From IMG/VR virus record IMGVR_UViG_3300025502_001355: a DNA stretch of 20,000 nucleotides. One strand, 5' to 3'. The notes under the pieces are model-generated. The model saw only the letters and a list, made by a program, of their open reading frames with translations, searched no databases and had not been told where the DNA came from. This document shows positions 7,958 to 16,766 of the stretch, in pieces. The DNA comes from an uncultured virus (IMG/VR IMGVR_UViG_3300025502_001355) (taxonomy: Duplodnaviria > Heunggongvirae > Uroviricota > Caudoviricetes). The position numbers and the translations under genes are program-made. The first letter of the stretch is position 1. Each line of letters opens with the position of its first letter.

Positions 7958-8567
7958 AGACAAAACCCTTTATGTATTTGGTGATAGTTGGCCTGCAGGT
8001 GTGGACCTACATGACGTAGTGAAACAAGGATTTCCGTATCTTGTTGCACAGGAAAATAATTATCTATTAGACAATCTAAGTCAAGCAGCCACATCTCTTG
8101 AACAAGCAACTTGGCAGTTTGTTAAAGCAGTTGAGCGTAAATCGATCAGAAAAGGAGACATAGTACTATTTTGTATTACTAATCCTGACAGGAGTTGGTA
8201 TTGGGAAAACGGATACCCAATGGAACTACACCCGGCCAACTCAAATCATGCGATTGGGTCGAAATACTACAAATATATTTACAGTCAAGATTTAGCTCAC
8301 GCTAACGCCATTAAGGATCTACTAATGGTATATGGATTGTGTAAAACTCTAGGCGTAACATGTCTGTTTGTTTACAATTGGACCGTACCGTTGCAAAGCA
8401 TCCCTGCAATGACAGGAATAAAACTACTACCTACTGAACTATTTTATAACAAGTCACTTCATGAAATAAGTGGAGCAAACATTCCTCAAGGAGATCATCC
8501 AGATCACCAGGGTCATCAACGAATAGCAGATGAACTATCTGCATGGATCGAAACACATGATAACTAA
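7947..8567 (+). CDS. SGNH/GDSL hydrolase-fold protein
   Basis: LYVFGDSW (block I) and GDHPDHQGH (block V-like HP..GH). Start re-called at ATG 7947, overlapping the upstream gene's end. Confidence 0.78.
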   Translation: MSIKDKTLYVFGDSWPAGVDLHDVVKQGFPYLVAQENNYLLDNLSQAATSLEQATWQFVKAVERKSIRKGDIVLFCITNPDRSWYWENGYPMELHPANSNHAIGSKYYKYIYSQDLAHANAIKDLLMVYGLCKTLGVTCLFVYNWTVPLQSIPAMTGIKLLPTELFYNKSLHEISGANIPQGDHPDHQGHQRIADELSAWIETHDN

Positions 8568-9255
8568 ACGATATGAATACAAACCCATTGACAGAGTTAA
8601 TGTTGGTGGTAAAAGATACTATGCAACACCCACAGGCAATAAGTTGCCCAGCGTAACCACAATACTAGATCGCACCAAGCCTGAAGAACAAAAGCAAGCT
8701 CTACGTAATTGGAAGAAGCGTGTAGGCGAAAAGAAAGCACAGGAAATTGTAACTGAAGCCGCAAGCCGCGGAACACGTATGCATGCTTATCTTGAACGTT
8801 TTGTAAAAGAAGACGACTTGGGTGCGTTTCCTACTAACCCGTATGCACAGACTGCATGGTTTATGGCCGCACAAGTCGTGTTGAAAGGAATGGATAGTGA
8901 GAATGAATACTGGGGTTGTGAAGTACCAGTTTACTACGATGGATTATATGCAGGCACAACTGACTGTGTTGGTGTGTGGAACGGTAGGCCTGCTATAATT
9001 GACTTTAAACAAACCAACAAACCTAAGAAACGTGAGTGGATCGGCGATTATTTCTTGCAGTTAACAGCGTATGCACAAGCACACAACGAAATGCACGGTA
9101 CAGATATTAACACAGGTGTTATTTTAATGTGCGCAAAGCCCGAGTCTAAAGATGATACTCCGCAATATCAGGAGTTTATATTAGAAGCAGACGAATTTGA
9201 TCACTGGAGCGAGCAGTGGATGAAGAGAGTTGAGCTATACTACGAAACCGCATAA
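8557..9255 (+). CDS. PD-(D/E)xK exonuclease (phage Cas4/RecB-like family)
   Basis: LPSVTTIL, RGTRMH, CEVPV, YAGTTDCVG, IIDFKQT and QLTAYA motifs. Start re-called at ATG 8557. Confidence 0.88.
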   Translation: MITKRYEYKPIDRVNVGGKRYYATPTGNKLPSVTTILDRTKPEEQKQALRNWKKRVGEKKAQEIVTEAASRGTRMHAYLERFVKEDDLGAFPTNPYAQTAWFMAAQVVLKGMDSENEYWGCEVPVYYDGLYAGTTDCVGVWNGRPAIIDFKQTNKPKKREWIGDYFLQLTAYAQAHNEMHGTDINTGVILMCAKPESKDDTPQYQEFILEADEFDHWSEQWMKRVELYYETA

Positions 9256-9258
9256 ATA
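9251..9258 (+). promoter_or_regulatory. Late promoter variant CATAAATA
   Basis: Overlaps the exonuclease stop codon; GAGGA RBS and ATG 9281 follow. Confidence 0.7.
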
Positions 9259-9280
9259 CAAAATAATGAGGATTTAATAG

Positions 9281-10651
9281 ATGGCTGTTACCCAAATAAG
9301 TAGAATTCAACATAGACGAGGTCTTAATCAAGACCTACCACAACTTGCTGGCGCAGAGCTCGGCTGGAGTGTAGACACACGTAAATTATATATCGGTAAC
9401 GGTACCGTAGCAGAAGGTGCACCAGCTACTGGTATTACAGAAGTGTTAACACAATACACTGACTTAGCGGCATTGATTGGTTCGTATACTTTTAAGGGAA
9501 ATGTTACAGAGTATACTGTCGAAACTGGCAGTAGTATCCTTAATCCAACAGTACGCAGTTTCCAACAGAAATTTGATGACTTTGTTAATATTAGAGACTT
9601 TGGCGCAGTAGGTGACGGTGTTGCGGATGATACGGCATCGATCCGTCGTGCAATCGAACAGATATATAAAGAATCAGAAAATAATTTCGATACTCGCACA
9701 CGAAGAACAATTTATATTCCTGCAGGAACATACTTAACCAGTAATGTTATTAGCATTCCGCCTAACACAAGTTTACAAGGTGACGGACCGTCTAGCAGTA
9801 CAATTAAGTTAACTTATGGTAATTTAACTGTAGCAAATTTGTCAGACAGCGCATTCCAAAGTGGAGCAACAATTGGGACAGGCAGTGCAGTACTACCTGA
9901 TCAAATCGATATAAGCGGATTAACGTTCCAAAACGTATCTGCAGACGTTCAGTATCCTTTGCTAAACATCGATAGTGCTAGTAATGTTAGAATAACAAAC
10001 ACAGCTTTTCAGTCTAATATCAAAGCAGGAACTTATTACCCTAACGTAATTGAAATATTAAGTACCAGCACCAGTACACAAAATATTACGTTAGACAAAG
10101 TCAAAATATTAGGTGGTGGTAACGGTATTGTAAACATGGGATCTACTACAAAGTTTGTTAACATACTTAATTCTGAGTTTGATGGTATCAGCAATACTGC
10201 AATAGTATTGAACAGTGTTGATAGTGTTAGTAGTATTAACAACTACTTCGGAACTGTTGGCACAAGAAAAACTACTGCAGGCGCAACTAGTTTTGTTTCC
10301 TTTGGTGAAGTACATACTAACGGAAGCGCACTGACTACTGGTATGCAACTAGGTAATCTAAGATACGGAGTAGCACGTAGTGCGTCAATTAGTACTGCTT
10401 CGCCGGTTATTGCAACATTCGTTGCTAACACAGCAGGCGAAATAAAGTATCAAATCAGTAACAGTTCAGCAAAACGTTTTGGTACATACCAATTCAGTAC
10501 AGATGGAACAAGTTCAGAGTTTCATGATCAACATGTGGAAAATGGAGTTGGTGTTAAAGCAAACTTATTCGCCAATGCCACTAGTTTAACCGTCACATTA
10601 GAATCAGGCACAGGCACATTTAAATACGCAATCAATCAATTTATTAGTTAA
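9281..10651 (+). CDS. Tail fibre/spike protein with Mtd-N-like N-terminus and pectate-lyase-like beta-helix
   Basis: 456 aa. RIQHRRG...LAGAELGWSVDTRKLYIGNG at the N-terminus, VNIRDFGAVGDGVADDTASIRRAI...IYIPAGTY beta-helix cap, and Ser/Thr/Asn-rich repeats. Confidence 0.82.
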   Translation: MAVTQISRIQHRRGLNQDLPQLAGAELGWSVDTRKLYIGNGTVAEGAPATGITEVLTQYTDLAALIGSYTFKGNVTEYTVETGSSILNPTVRSFQQKFDDFVNIRDFGAVGDGVADDTASIRRAIEQIYKESENNFDTRTRRTIYIPAGTYLTSNVISIPPNTSLQGDGPSSSTIKLTYGNLTVANLSDSAFQSGATIGTGSAVLPDQIDISGLTFQNVSADVQYPLLNIDSASNVRITNTAFQSNIKAGTYYPNVIEILSTSTSTQNITLDKVKILGGGNGIVNMGSTTKFVNILNSEFDGISNTAIVLNSVDSVSSINNYFGTVGTRKTTAGATSFVSFGEVHTNGSALTTGMQLGNLRYGVARSASISTASPVIATFVANTAGEIKYQISNSSAKRFGTYQFSTDGTSSEFHDQHVENGVGVKANLFANATSLTVTLESGTGTFKYAINQFIS

Positions 10652-10654
10652 AAG

Positions 10655-11101
10655 ATGTTCAAGTTACGCACTAGTGCTTCTAGATTGAAGTGCTGGAAAA
10701 ATTTTAGATTCAAGATCAACCAACTTCCTTTTGAAGAAGCATTACAAGAAACAATAGATTTCTGGCAGCCCTGTCCTTGGACTGCCTTTTATTTAGATTT
10801 AGACAATCCCGAAAGTTGGCCAAATGCCTGGGATTTAATTATAGATAACTACTATTGTGATCTTGCTAAAGTCCTGGGAATAGTGTATACTTTATATCAT
10901 AGCAAGCACGGAACGAATTTAGAACTTGAAGTACATGTGTATGTTGATTCAAACACAGGGTATCAATATTGTGTAGCCTATTTGAATCAAGGAAAATATG
11001 TACTTAATTTGATTGACAATCAGGTATTAAATAAAACTGATATTGCAGAAACATTAACATTGAAACGTTGCTATGACGCAACAGAACTAACGTTAGAATA
11101 A
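10655..11101 (+). CDS. Hypothetical protein
   Basis: 148 aa ORF between the tail fibre and nrdA, with weak transglutaminase-like (BTLCP) resemblance (see findings). Confidence 0.7.
   Translation: MFKLRTSASRLKCWKNFRFKINQLPFEEALQETIDFWQPCPWTAFYLDLDNPESWPNAWDLIIDNYYCDLAKVLGIVYTLYHSKHGTNLELEVHVYVDSNTGYQYCVAYLNQGKYVLNLIDNQVLNKTDIAETLTLKRCYDATELTLE
10863..10891 (+). promoter_or_regulatory. Candidate sigma70 promoter for the nrd operon, internal to the upstream ORF
   Basis: TTGCTA (10863-10868), 17 nt spacer, TATACT (10886-10891). Confidence 0.35.
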
Positions 11102-11117
11102 TAATGATGGGGCACGA

Positions 11118-13421
11118 ATGACAAAGATTCAAGTAATCAAGAGAGATGGAATCAAAGAAGAACTAGACATAGAAAAAATGCACAAGGTTGTTATGTGGGC
11201 AACTGAAGGTATTACAGGTGTAAGTGCCAGTGAAGTAGAACTAAAAAGCCACATCCAATTTTATACTGGGATCAAAACAGTAGACATACAAGAAACACTT
11301 ATTAAAAGTGCCGCTGATTTGATTTCAGAAGAAGCTCCAAACTATCAGTATGTTGCTGGCAGACTAATTAACTATCATCTACGTAAACAAGTATATGGGG
11401 ACTATGCACCTTGGCCATTGTTAAAACTGGTAGAACACAATGTCGAAAGTGGTTTTTACGATCGCGGCCTATTAGAAGCATACGATACAGATGAGTGGGA
11501 GAAATTAGATAGTTATATTAAACATGATCGTGATGAAACATTCACCTATGTTGCTATGGAACAATGGCGTGGCAAGTATCTTGTACAAAATCGTGTTACT
11601 GGTGAGATGTTTGAGACTCCACAAATGGCTTACATGTTAATAGCCGCGACACTATTCCAAGACTACCCTAAAGATATTAGACTCAAATGGGTACGTGATT
11701 ACTATGACGCAATCAGTAATTTTGATGTAAGTTTGCCTACACCGGTTATGGCAGGTGTGCGCACACCACAAAAACAGTTCAGCAGTTGTGTGCTGATTGA
11801 AACAGACGACAGTTTAGACAGTATCAATGCAACAGCCGCAAGTATTGTTAAGTACGTGTCACAAAAAGCAGGCATTGGCATTGGTGCAGGACGTATACGT
11901 GCATTAGGTGCACCTATACGCAAAGGAGATGCTTTTCACACAGGCGTAACTCCTTTTTACAAGTTATTCCAATCTGCTACACGTAGTTGTAGTCAGGGAG
12001 GTGTAAGAAATGGTGCCGCAACACTTTACTATCCAATATGGCACTATGAAATCGAAGACCTCTTGGTCCTTAAAAACAACAAAGGCACAGAGGATAATCG
12101 TGTGCGTCAAATGGACTATGGCGTACAATTTAATAAGTTAATGTATGAAAGACTAATCACAAATGGAGACATCACTGTGTTTAGTCCGCATGATGTACCA
12201 GAGATGTATGAAGCGTTCTTCAATGATCAAGACAAATTCAAAGAGCTATACGAGAGAGCAGAACGCAATACTAAACTGAGGAAGAAGACCTACAAGGCAG
12301 CAGATCTGTTTAGTAGGTTTATGCAGGAACGCAAAGACACTGGAAGAATTTATTTACAGAACGTGGATCATGCTAATACGCACTCACCGTTCGATGAAAA
12401 GATCGCGCCTGTGAAGATGAGTAACCTTTGCGCAGAAATAGATTTACCAACTGTACCATTGAAAGATGTCAATGACGAGGATGGTAGGATCGCCCTGTGT
12501 ACTTTATCAGCGATCAATTGGGGCAATGTAAAAAGCCCACATGACTTTGAGAAAATGTGCAAGTTGGCAGTACGCGGCCTAGATGCACTGTTGAGTTACC
12601 AAGGTTATCCAATTAAAGCCGCACGTAAAGCAACAGAAGAGTTTAGACCGTTAGGTATAGGCATCATTAACTTTGCTTATTTCTTGGCTAAGAATGATGT
12701 AAGTTACAGTGACCCAGCGGCGTTGCCACTGGTAGATGAGTACGCAGAAGCCTGGTCTTACTATTTGATCAAGGCTTCTGCAGACTTAGCGGAAGAACAA
12801 GGTGCATGCACCAGATGGAACGATTTAAAATCTGCGCAAGGTCGTTTACCCATTGATACGTATAAGCAGGATGTTGACGAGTTGGTCAAGCATCAAGAGC
12901 GTATGCCATGGAATGATCTGCGAGAACAAATAAAACGGACTGGTCAGCGTAATGCAACACTAATGGCATTGATGCCTGCAGAAACAAGTGCGCAGATCAG
13001 TAATGCTACTAATGGTATAGAGCCACCGCGAAGTTTTGTAAGCGTTAAGGGGTCAAAGCACGGCCAATTAAAGCAGGTTGTGCCTGAATATAGGCGGTTA
13101 AAGAACCGTTATGAACTACTGTGGGATCAGACTACCCCGGAGGGATATATTAAACTGTGTGGCGTACTTCAAAAGTACATTGATCAAGGTATTAGTGTAA
13201 ACACATCTTACAATCCTCAGCACTACGAGGACGAAAAGATTCCAATGTCATCAATGTTACAACACTTGTTGATGTGTTACAAGTATGGATTAAAGCAGTT
13301 GTACTACTTTAATACATATGATGGACAAGGTGAATACATAGTAGAAGCACTAGGTGAAGCAAAACAGCAAGAGCTTGAAGACTACGAAGATCAAGATGAT
13401 TGCGAAAGTTGTGTAATTTAA
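11118..13421 (+). CDS. nrdA: Ribonucleotide reductase class Ia alpha subunit with ATP cone
   Basis: 767 aa. VIKRDG ATP cone, [35 protein letters not shown] (N-C-E active site), ALCTL, LYYFNT tyrosine dyad and C-terminal CESC. Confidence 0.98.
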   Translation: MTKIQVIKRDGIKEELDIEKMHKVVMWATEGITGVSASEVELKSHIQFYTGIKTVDIQETLIKSAADLISEEAPNYQYVAGRLINYHLRKQVYGDYAPWPLLKLVEHNVESGFYDRGLLEAYDTDEWEKLDSYIKHDRDETFTYVAMEQWRGKYLVQNRVTGEMFETPQMAYMLIAATLFQDYPKDIRLKWVRDYYDAISNFDVSLPTPVMAGVRTPQKQFSSCVLIETDDSLDSINATAASIVKYVSQKAGIGIGAGRIRALGAPIRKGDAFHTGVTPFYKLFQSATRSCSQGGVRNGAATLYYPIWHYEIEDLLVLKNNKGTEDNRVRQMDYGVQFNKLMYERLITNGDITVFSPHDVPEMYEAFFNDQDKFKELYERAERNTKLRKKTYKAADLFSRFMQERKDTGRIYLQNVDHANTHSPFDEKIAPVKMSNLCAEIDLPTVPLKDVNDEDGRIALCTLSAINWGNVKSPHDFEKMCKLAVRGLDALLSYQGYPIKAARKATEEFRPLGIGIINFAYFLAKNDVSYSDPAALPLVDEYAEAWSYYLIKASADLAEEQGACTRWNDLKSAQGRLPIDTYKQDVDELVKHQERMPWNDLREQIKRTGQRNATLMALMPAETSAQISNATNGIEPPRSFVSVKGSKHGQLKQVVPEYRRLKNRYELLWDQTTPEGYIKLCGVLQKYIDQGISVNTSYNPQHYEDEKIPMSSMLQHLLMCYKYGLKQLYYFNTYDGQGEYIVEALGEAKQQELEDYEDQDDCESCVI

Positions 13422-13431
13422 GAGAGAAAAC

Positions 13432-14559
13432 ATGAGCGTATTCAATATTAAAAATAATAAAGATCATACCAAGTCACTTGCGTTCCTAGACGAAGCAGGT
13501 ACTCCGGCAATACAGAGATTCGACACACTAAAGTATCGTCAATTTGACAAGTTGACAGACAAGCAGTTAGGTTTCTTTTGGAGACCTGAAGAAGTTGATG
13601 TATTGCGTGATGCAAAAGACTTTAAGGAACTTACTGAGTATGAAAAGCATATCTTCACCAGTAATCTTAAAAGACAGATACTACTGGACAGTGTACAAGG
13701 ACGCTCACCTAATCTAGCATTTTTGCCTATCGCTACCATCCCAGAGTTGGAAACTTGGATAGAAACTTGGGCATTTAATGAAACAATACACAGTCGTAGT
13801 TATACACATATTATTCGTAATGTGTACAGCGATCCGAGTACAGTGTTTGATGGACTACACGATATCAAAGAGATTGCAGATTGTGCCAAAGACATTAGTC
13901 ACTACTATGATGACTTGATTAAAGCTGTGCAGTATTATAATCTACTTGGCGTAGGCAAGCACAAGGTTAACGGCAAGGAAGTTATAGTTGATCGTTACGA
14001 GTTAAAACGTAAACTATGGTTATGCTTAAACAATGTTAATGCGTTAGAAGGTATACGTTTTTATGTTTCGTTTGCATGCAGTTGGGCATTTGCTGAACTT
14101 AAAAAGATGGAAGGCAATGCTAAGATTATTAAACTGATTGCACGTGATGAAAATGTTCACTTGGGCAGTACACAAACACTACTTAAAATATTACCGTCAG
14201 ACGACAAGGACTTTGCAAAGATCCGCGAAGAAACTAAAGAGGAATGTGAAACAATGTTCCTTAATGCCGCCAAGCAGGAAAGAGATTGGGCACAATACTT
14301 GTTCAAAGACGGTAGTATGATTGGACTAAACACAGTATTATTGTGTCAGTACATTGATTGGTTGACCTGCAAGCGTATGACAGCAGTTGGGCTTAGTTGT
14401 GGTATTAAAACAGGTAGCAATCCGTTGCCGTGGACACAAAAGTGGATTGCTGGGGCAGAAGTGCAGGTGGCACCACAGCAAACTCAAATATCATCATATA
14501 TAATTGGTGGAACCAAACAAGACGTGGACTCAAACACGTTCAGTGGCTTTACTCTTTAA
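13432..14559 (+). CDS. nrdB: Ribonucleotide reductase class Ia beta subunit (tail has Gln at the Glu350/Glu352-equivalent positions)
   Basis: 375 aa. [23 protein letters not shown] (radical Tyr), [17 protein letters not shown], and tail [11 protein letters not shown] with Tyr356. Confidence 0.97.
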   Translation: MSVFNIKNNKDHTKSLAFLDEAGTPAIQRFDTLKYRQFDKLTDKQLGFFWRPEEVDVLRDAKDFKELTEYEKHIFTSNLKRQILLDSVQGRSPNLAFLPIATIPELETWIETWAFNETIHSRSYTHIIRNVYSDPSTVFDGLHDIKEIADCAKDISHYYDDLIKAVQYYNLLGVGKHKVNGKEVIVDRYELKRKLWLCLNNVNALEGIRFYVSFACSWAFAELKKMEGNAKIIKLIARDENVHLGSTQTLLKILPSDDKDFAKIREETKEECETMFLNAAKQERDWAQYLFKDGSMIGLNTVLLCQYIDWLTCKRMTAVGLSCGIKTGSNPLPWTQKWIAGAEVQVAPQQTQISSYIIGGTKQDVDSNTFSGFTL

Positions 14560-15690
14560 ATGTGGAGTAACCCAGTTACAATTGACAATGAGATTATGTC
14601 TATGGCAAAAGCTCTCGATTGTAATTGGGTAGGAGCAGTTAAAGTTAACGCACAGTCTGCATACGAGTATAATAACTGCCATAACAATGTTAGAATACAC
14701 TCTAGTATATACGGCGGCAAGAAAGTAATTGGCTATTATTTTATAAAGGGGTTCAATGTTGTGCAGGCCATAAGACACAGTGTATGGCAAGATAACACGT
14801 TAGTAGACGTAACACCATATAAAGATAACAGAGAACACATTATTTTTGCGTTAAGTTCAGACCAATCCAACGATTACTCGATACCTAACTGTTACTCTCA
14901 GTCTCTTGCTAAATATTTAAAACAGGAGAGTGACCGAATGTATTATGTATATCAAATAGTGGATCCGAGAAATAACCAACCATTTTATATCGGCAAAGGT
15001 ACAGGTGACAGAGCAACAACACATTTACGGACTGTGTCCGACACTAGAAATGTTTACAAAGAAAATAAAATCGCGAGTATAAGAAAGTCCGGAGCAGAGC
15101 CAGTAATTGAATACATTGCTGAAAACATATTAGACGAGGAATTAGCGTATGATATCGAGGCCACTGCAATTAAAAAGTATGGTAGAAAAGGATATGACAA
15201 GAATGGCATATTAACCAATATATGTCCTGATGCCCGCCCACCTAATCAGAAAGGTAGAACATACGAAGAAATATACGGGGTTAACAAAGCAAAGCAACAA
15301 CGAGAATTAAGATCACGCCTTCAGAAAGAGAGAGGTGGATATGGCCCTAAGCAACACAGCATCGAAACACGAAAACGATTTAGTGAATTAAATTCTGGTG
15401 CCGGAAACCCAATGTACGGTAAAACACAAAAAGAAAGTACCAAGGCATTAATTAGCAAAAAAGCAAAGTTGCGAATCGGTAAAAAAAATAAAAATAGCCA
15501 CACTTACAGACTAACATCTCCAACAGGGGATGAGCACATATTATACGGCGGTGAATCTACTGATTTCTGTAAAACACATAATTTAAGTTGGAGTACTCTT
15601 AAAATGCAAATTGAAAAGAAATGGGGTATTCCAAAAAAAGGCAAAACTAAAGGTTGGAAGTTAGAAGACTTAACAGCTACTAGAACATAA
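14560..15690 (+). CDS. Fusion ORF: N-terminal papain/transglutaminase-like Cys-His-Asp domain (aa 1-126) plus GIY-YIG homing endonuclease with NUMOD3 motifs
   Basis: ATG directly abuts the nrdB TAA. N-terminal NNC40HNNV...GY...AIRH73SVW...LVD83VTP. From M127: YYVYQIVDP...FYIGKG..DR..H...E.A..IE...LTN, then HSIETRKRFS and GNPMYGKTQKESTKALIS. Confidence 0.75.
   Translation: MWSNPVTIDNEIMSMAKALDCNWVGAVKVNAQSAYEYNNCHNNVRIHSSIYGGKKVIGYYFIKGFNVVQAIRHSVWQDNTLVDVTPYKDNREHIIFALSSDQSNDYSIPNCYSQSLAKYLKQESDRMYYVYQIVDPRNNQPFYIGKGTGDRATTHLRTVSDTRNVYKENKIASIRKSGAEPVIEYIAENILDEELAYDIEATAIKKYGRKGYDKNGILTNICPDARPPNQKGRTYEEIYGVNKAKQQRELRSRLQKERGGYGPKQHSIETRKRFSELNSGAGNPMYGKTQKESTKALISKKAKLRIGKKNKNSHTYRLTSPTGDEHILYGGESTDFCKTHNLSWSTLKMQIEKKWGIPKKGKTKGWKLEDLTATRT
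14891..14934 (+). promoter_or_regulatory. RBS-sequestering hairpin with a late promoter in the loop
   Basis: GTTACTCTC (14891-14899) pairs with GAGAGTGAC (14926-14934), 9 bp with one G-U. Alternatively TCTCTTG (14902-14908) pairs with CAGGAGA (14923-14929). GCTAAATA lies between the arms. Confidence 0.65.
14938..15690 (+). mobile_element. Free-standing GIY-YIG homing endonuclease with its own internal start
   Basis: Own late promoter (GCTAAATA, 14908-14915), AGGAG (14924-14928) and ATG 14938. GIY-YIG and NUMOD3 motifs. Located next to nrdB, a classical homing endonuclease neighbourhood in T4-like phages. Confidence 0.8.
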
Positions 15691-15765
15691 ATGAAAATAG
15701 ACAGAGGAATATACGTAGGTGGCTACAGCTTGGTACCAGATCAACTAATTAGGACTAATCGGGGT

Positions 15766-15793
15766 TTGACAAATAATTTTTAACAAGTATAAT
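15766..15793 (+). promoter_or_regulatory. sigma70-type promoter for glutaredoxin
   Basis: TTGACA (15766-15771), 16 nt spacer, TATAAT (15788-15793); ATG 7 nt downstream. Confidence 0.75.
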
Positions 15794-15800
15794 TAAGCGT

Positions 15801-16046
15801 ATGATTACAATATATTCAAAAAACAATTGTCCTTTTTGCACAAAGGCCAAAGCACTACTAGAGATCAAAGGTATAAAGTACACCGAAGTAAACATTGAAC
15901 AAGATGCAGATGCAAGGAAACGCATCGTTGACGCTGGCTTGCGTACAGTACCTCAGATTTATATCAATGAACAACTGCTACCTGGAGGATACAATGGGTT
16001 AGCAGATCAAACAACTGAATTTTTCGATAAGCTCAAGGAGAGTTAA
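15801..16046 (+). CDS. Glutaredoxin (NrdC/GrxC-like)
   Basis: 81 aa. IYSKNNCPFC, RTVPQIYI and GGY motifs; adjacent to nrdAB. Confidence 0.95.
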   Translation: MITIYSKNNCPFCTKAKALLEIKGIKYTEVNIEQDADARKRIVDAGLRTVPQIYINEQLLPGGYNGLADQTTEFFDKLKES

Positions 16047-16047
16047 C

Positions 16048-16344
16048 ATGTTATTAGAAAATAGTAAATGGGAAGGACAGATCTGCGCACTAAAACTAAT
16101 CACTGGGGAAGAGATAGTTGCAAAGATTACCAGCGAAACAGCAGATCACTACAACGTCGAGAAGGCATGCAATGTAGTACCTGGTCAGCAAGGTGTTGGA
16201 TTAATTCAAGCACTGTTCACAGCAGATCCACATACCAGTGCGTCTATTCAAAAAAATCATGTTGTTATGATTGCTGAATGCATTGATCAAATCAAAACAC
16301 ACTATATCAAGACCACAACTGGGTTGGAAATTGTTAGGCCTTAA
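16048..16344 (+). CDS. Hypothetical phage protein (possible Sm-like small beta-barrel)
   Basis: 98 aa, AGGAG RBS. LKLITGEEIVAK...Y...TTGL pattern recalled from T4-like phage small proteins. Confidence 0.7.
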   Translation: MLLENSKWEGQICALKLITGEEIVAKITSETADHYNVEKACNVVPGQQGVGLIQALFTADPHTSASIQKNHVVMIAECIDQIKTHYIKTTTGLEIVRP

Positions 16345-16650
16345 CTAGCCGCCGGCAAACACAGTAGGTGATCCGCTTATCATAGCACCGGCGTCGGCAC
16401 TATCACCTATTCTACCTACTCCAATACCATTGAGGAAAACACTACCTGAACCAGCATTTAAAAATGCCACGTGAGGTACGCATGAATCTCCACTGGGTAT
16501 TAGGTGAGATACTGTCGGAGCACCAACTACTATAATGTCAATACCGTTAGCATGAACAGTGCCGTCGTTGTTTGGCGAAGCAATGGTTGTTGTGGTATCA
16601 CATCCATGTCCGGTTGTTAGTGTGTCACCTACTCTACATATTGCTGGCAT
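16345..16650 (-). CDS. PAAR-domain baseplate spike tip protein (T4 gp5.4-like)
   Basis: 101 aa. MPAICRVGD...GHGC, TVHANG, H...C.PH, GSGSVFLNGIGVGRIGD, SGSPTVFAG. Own late promoter on the minus strand. Confidence 0.9.
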   Translation of the reverse strand: MPAICRVGDTLTTGHGCDTTTTIASPNNDGTVHANGIDIIVVGAPTVSHLIPSGDSCVPHVAFLNAGSGSVFLNGIGVGRIGDSADAGAMISGSPTVFAGG

Positions 16651-16656
16651 AATATG

Positions 16657-16664
16657 TATTTATA
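16657..16664 (-). promoter_or_regulatory. T4-type late promoter TATAAATA (minus strand)
   Basis: The + strand reads TATTTATA at 16657-16664, 6 nt upstream of the PAAR ATG. Confidence 0.85.
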
Positions 16665-16673
16665 CCAAAAAAT

Positions 16674-16702
16674 TTGATTATACCCCACTATTATAGTATA
16701 AT
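16674..16702 (+). promoter_or_regulatory. sigma70-type promoter, divergent from the PAAR promoter
   Basis: TTGATT (16674-16679), 17 nt spacer, TATAAT (16697-16702). Confidence 0.6.
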
Positions 16703-16766
16703 AGCAGTTGTTAACTTACATCCGACTCGCTTTTAAATACTGGATGCGGTAAGATAGGAGAAAAAC

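Noticed and set aside
8557..9255. Cas4 as part of a CRISPR system
   Set aside because: No repeat-spacer array or other cas genes are visible and the Fe-S cysteine cluster of true Cas4 is not evident. This is the common standalone phage exonuclease.
9281..10651. Diversity-generating retroelement target, because of the Mtd-like N-terminus
   Set aside because: No reverse transcriptase or template/variable repeat pair is seen in the window, and the C-terminus is not recognisably a C-type lectin fold.
11013..11040. TTGACA upstream of nrdA as a promoter
   Set aside because: There is no acceptable -10 hexamer at 16-18 nt spacing.
14470..15800. Group I intron in the nrdB 3' end supplying a Glu-containing second exon
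   Set aside because: nrdB already has a complete C-terminus with Tyr356 and a normal length. I found no downstream ETE/ISSY-type exon in 15690-15800, and there is no non-coding space for a ribozyme core.
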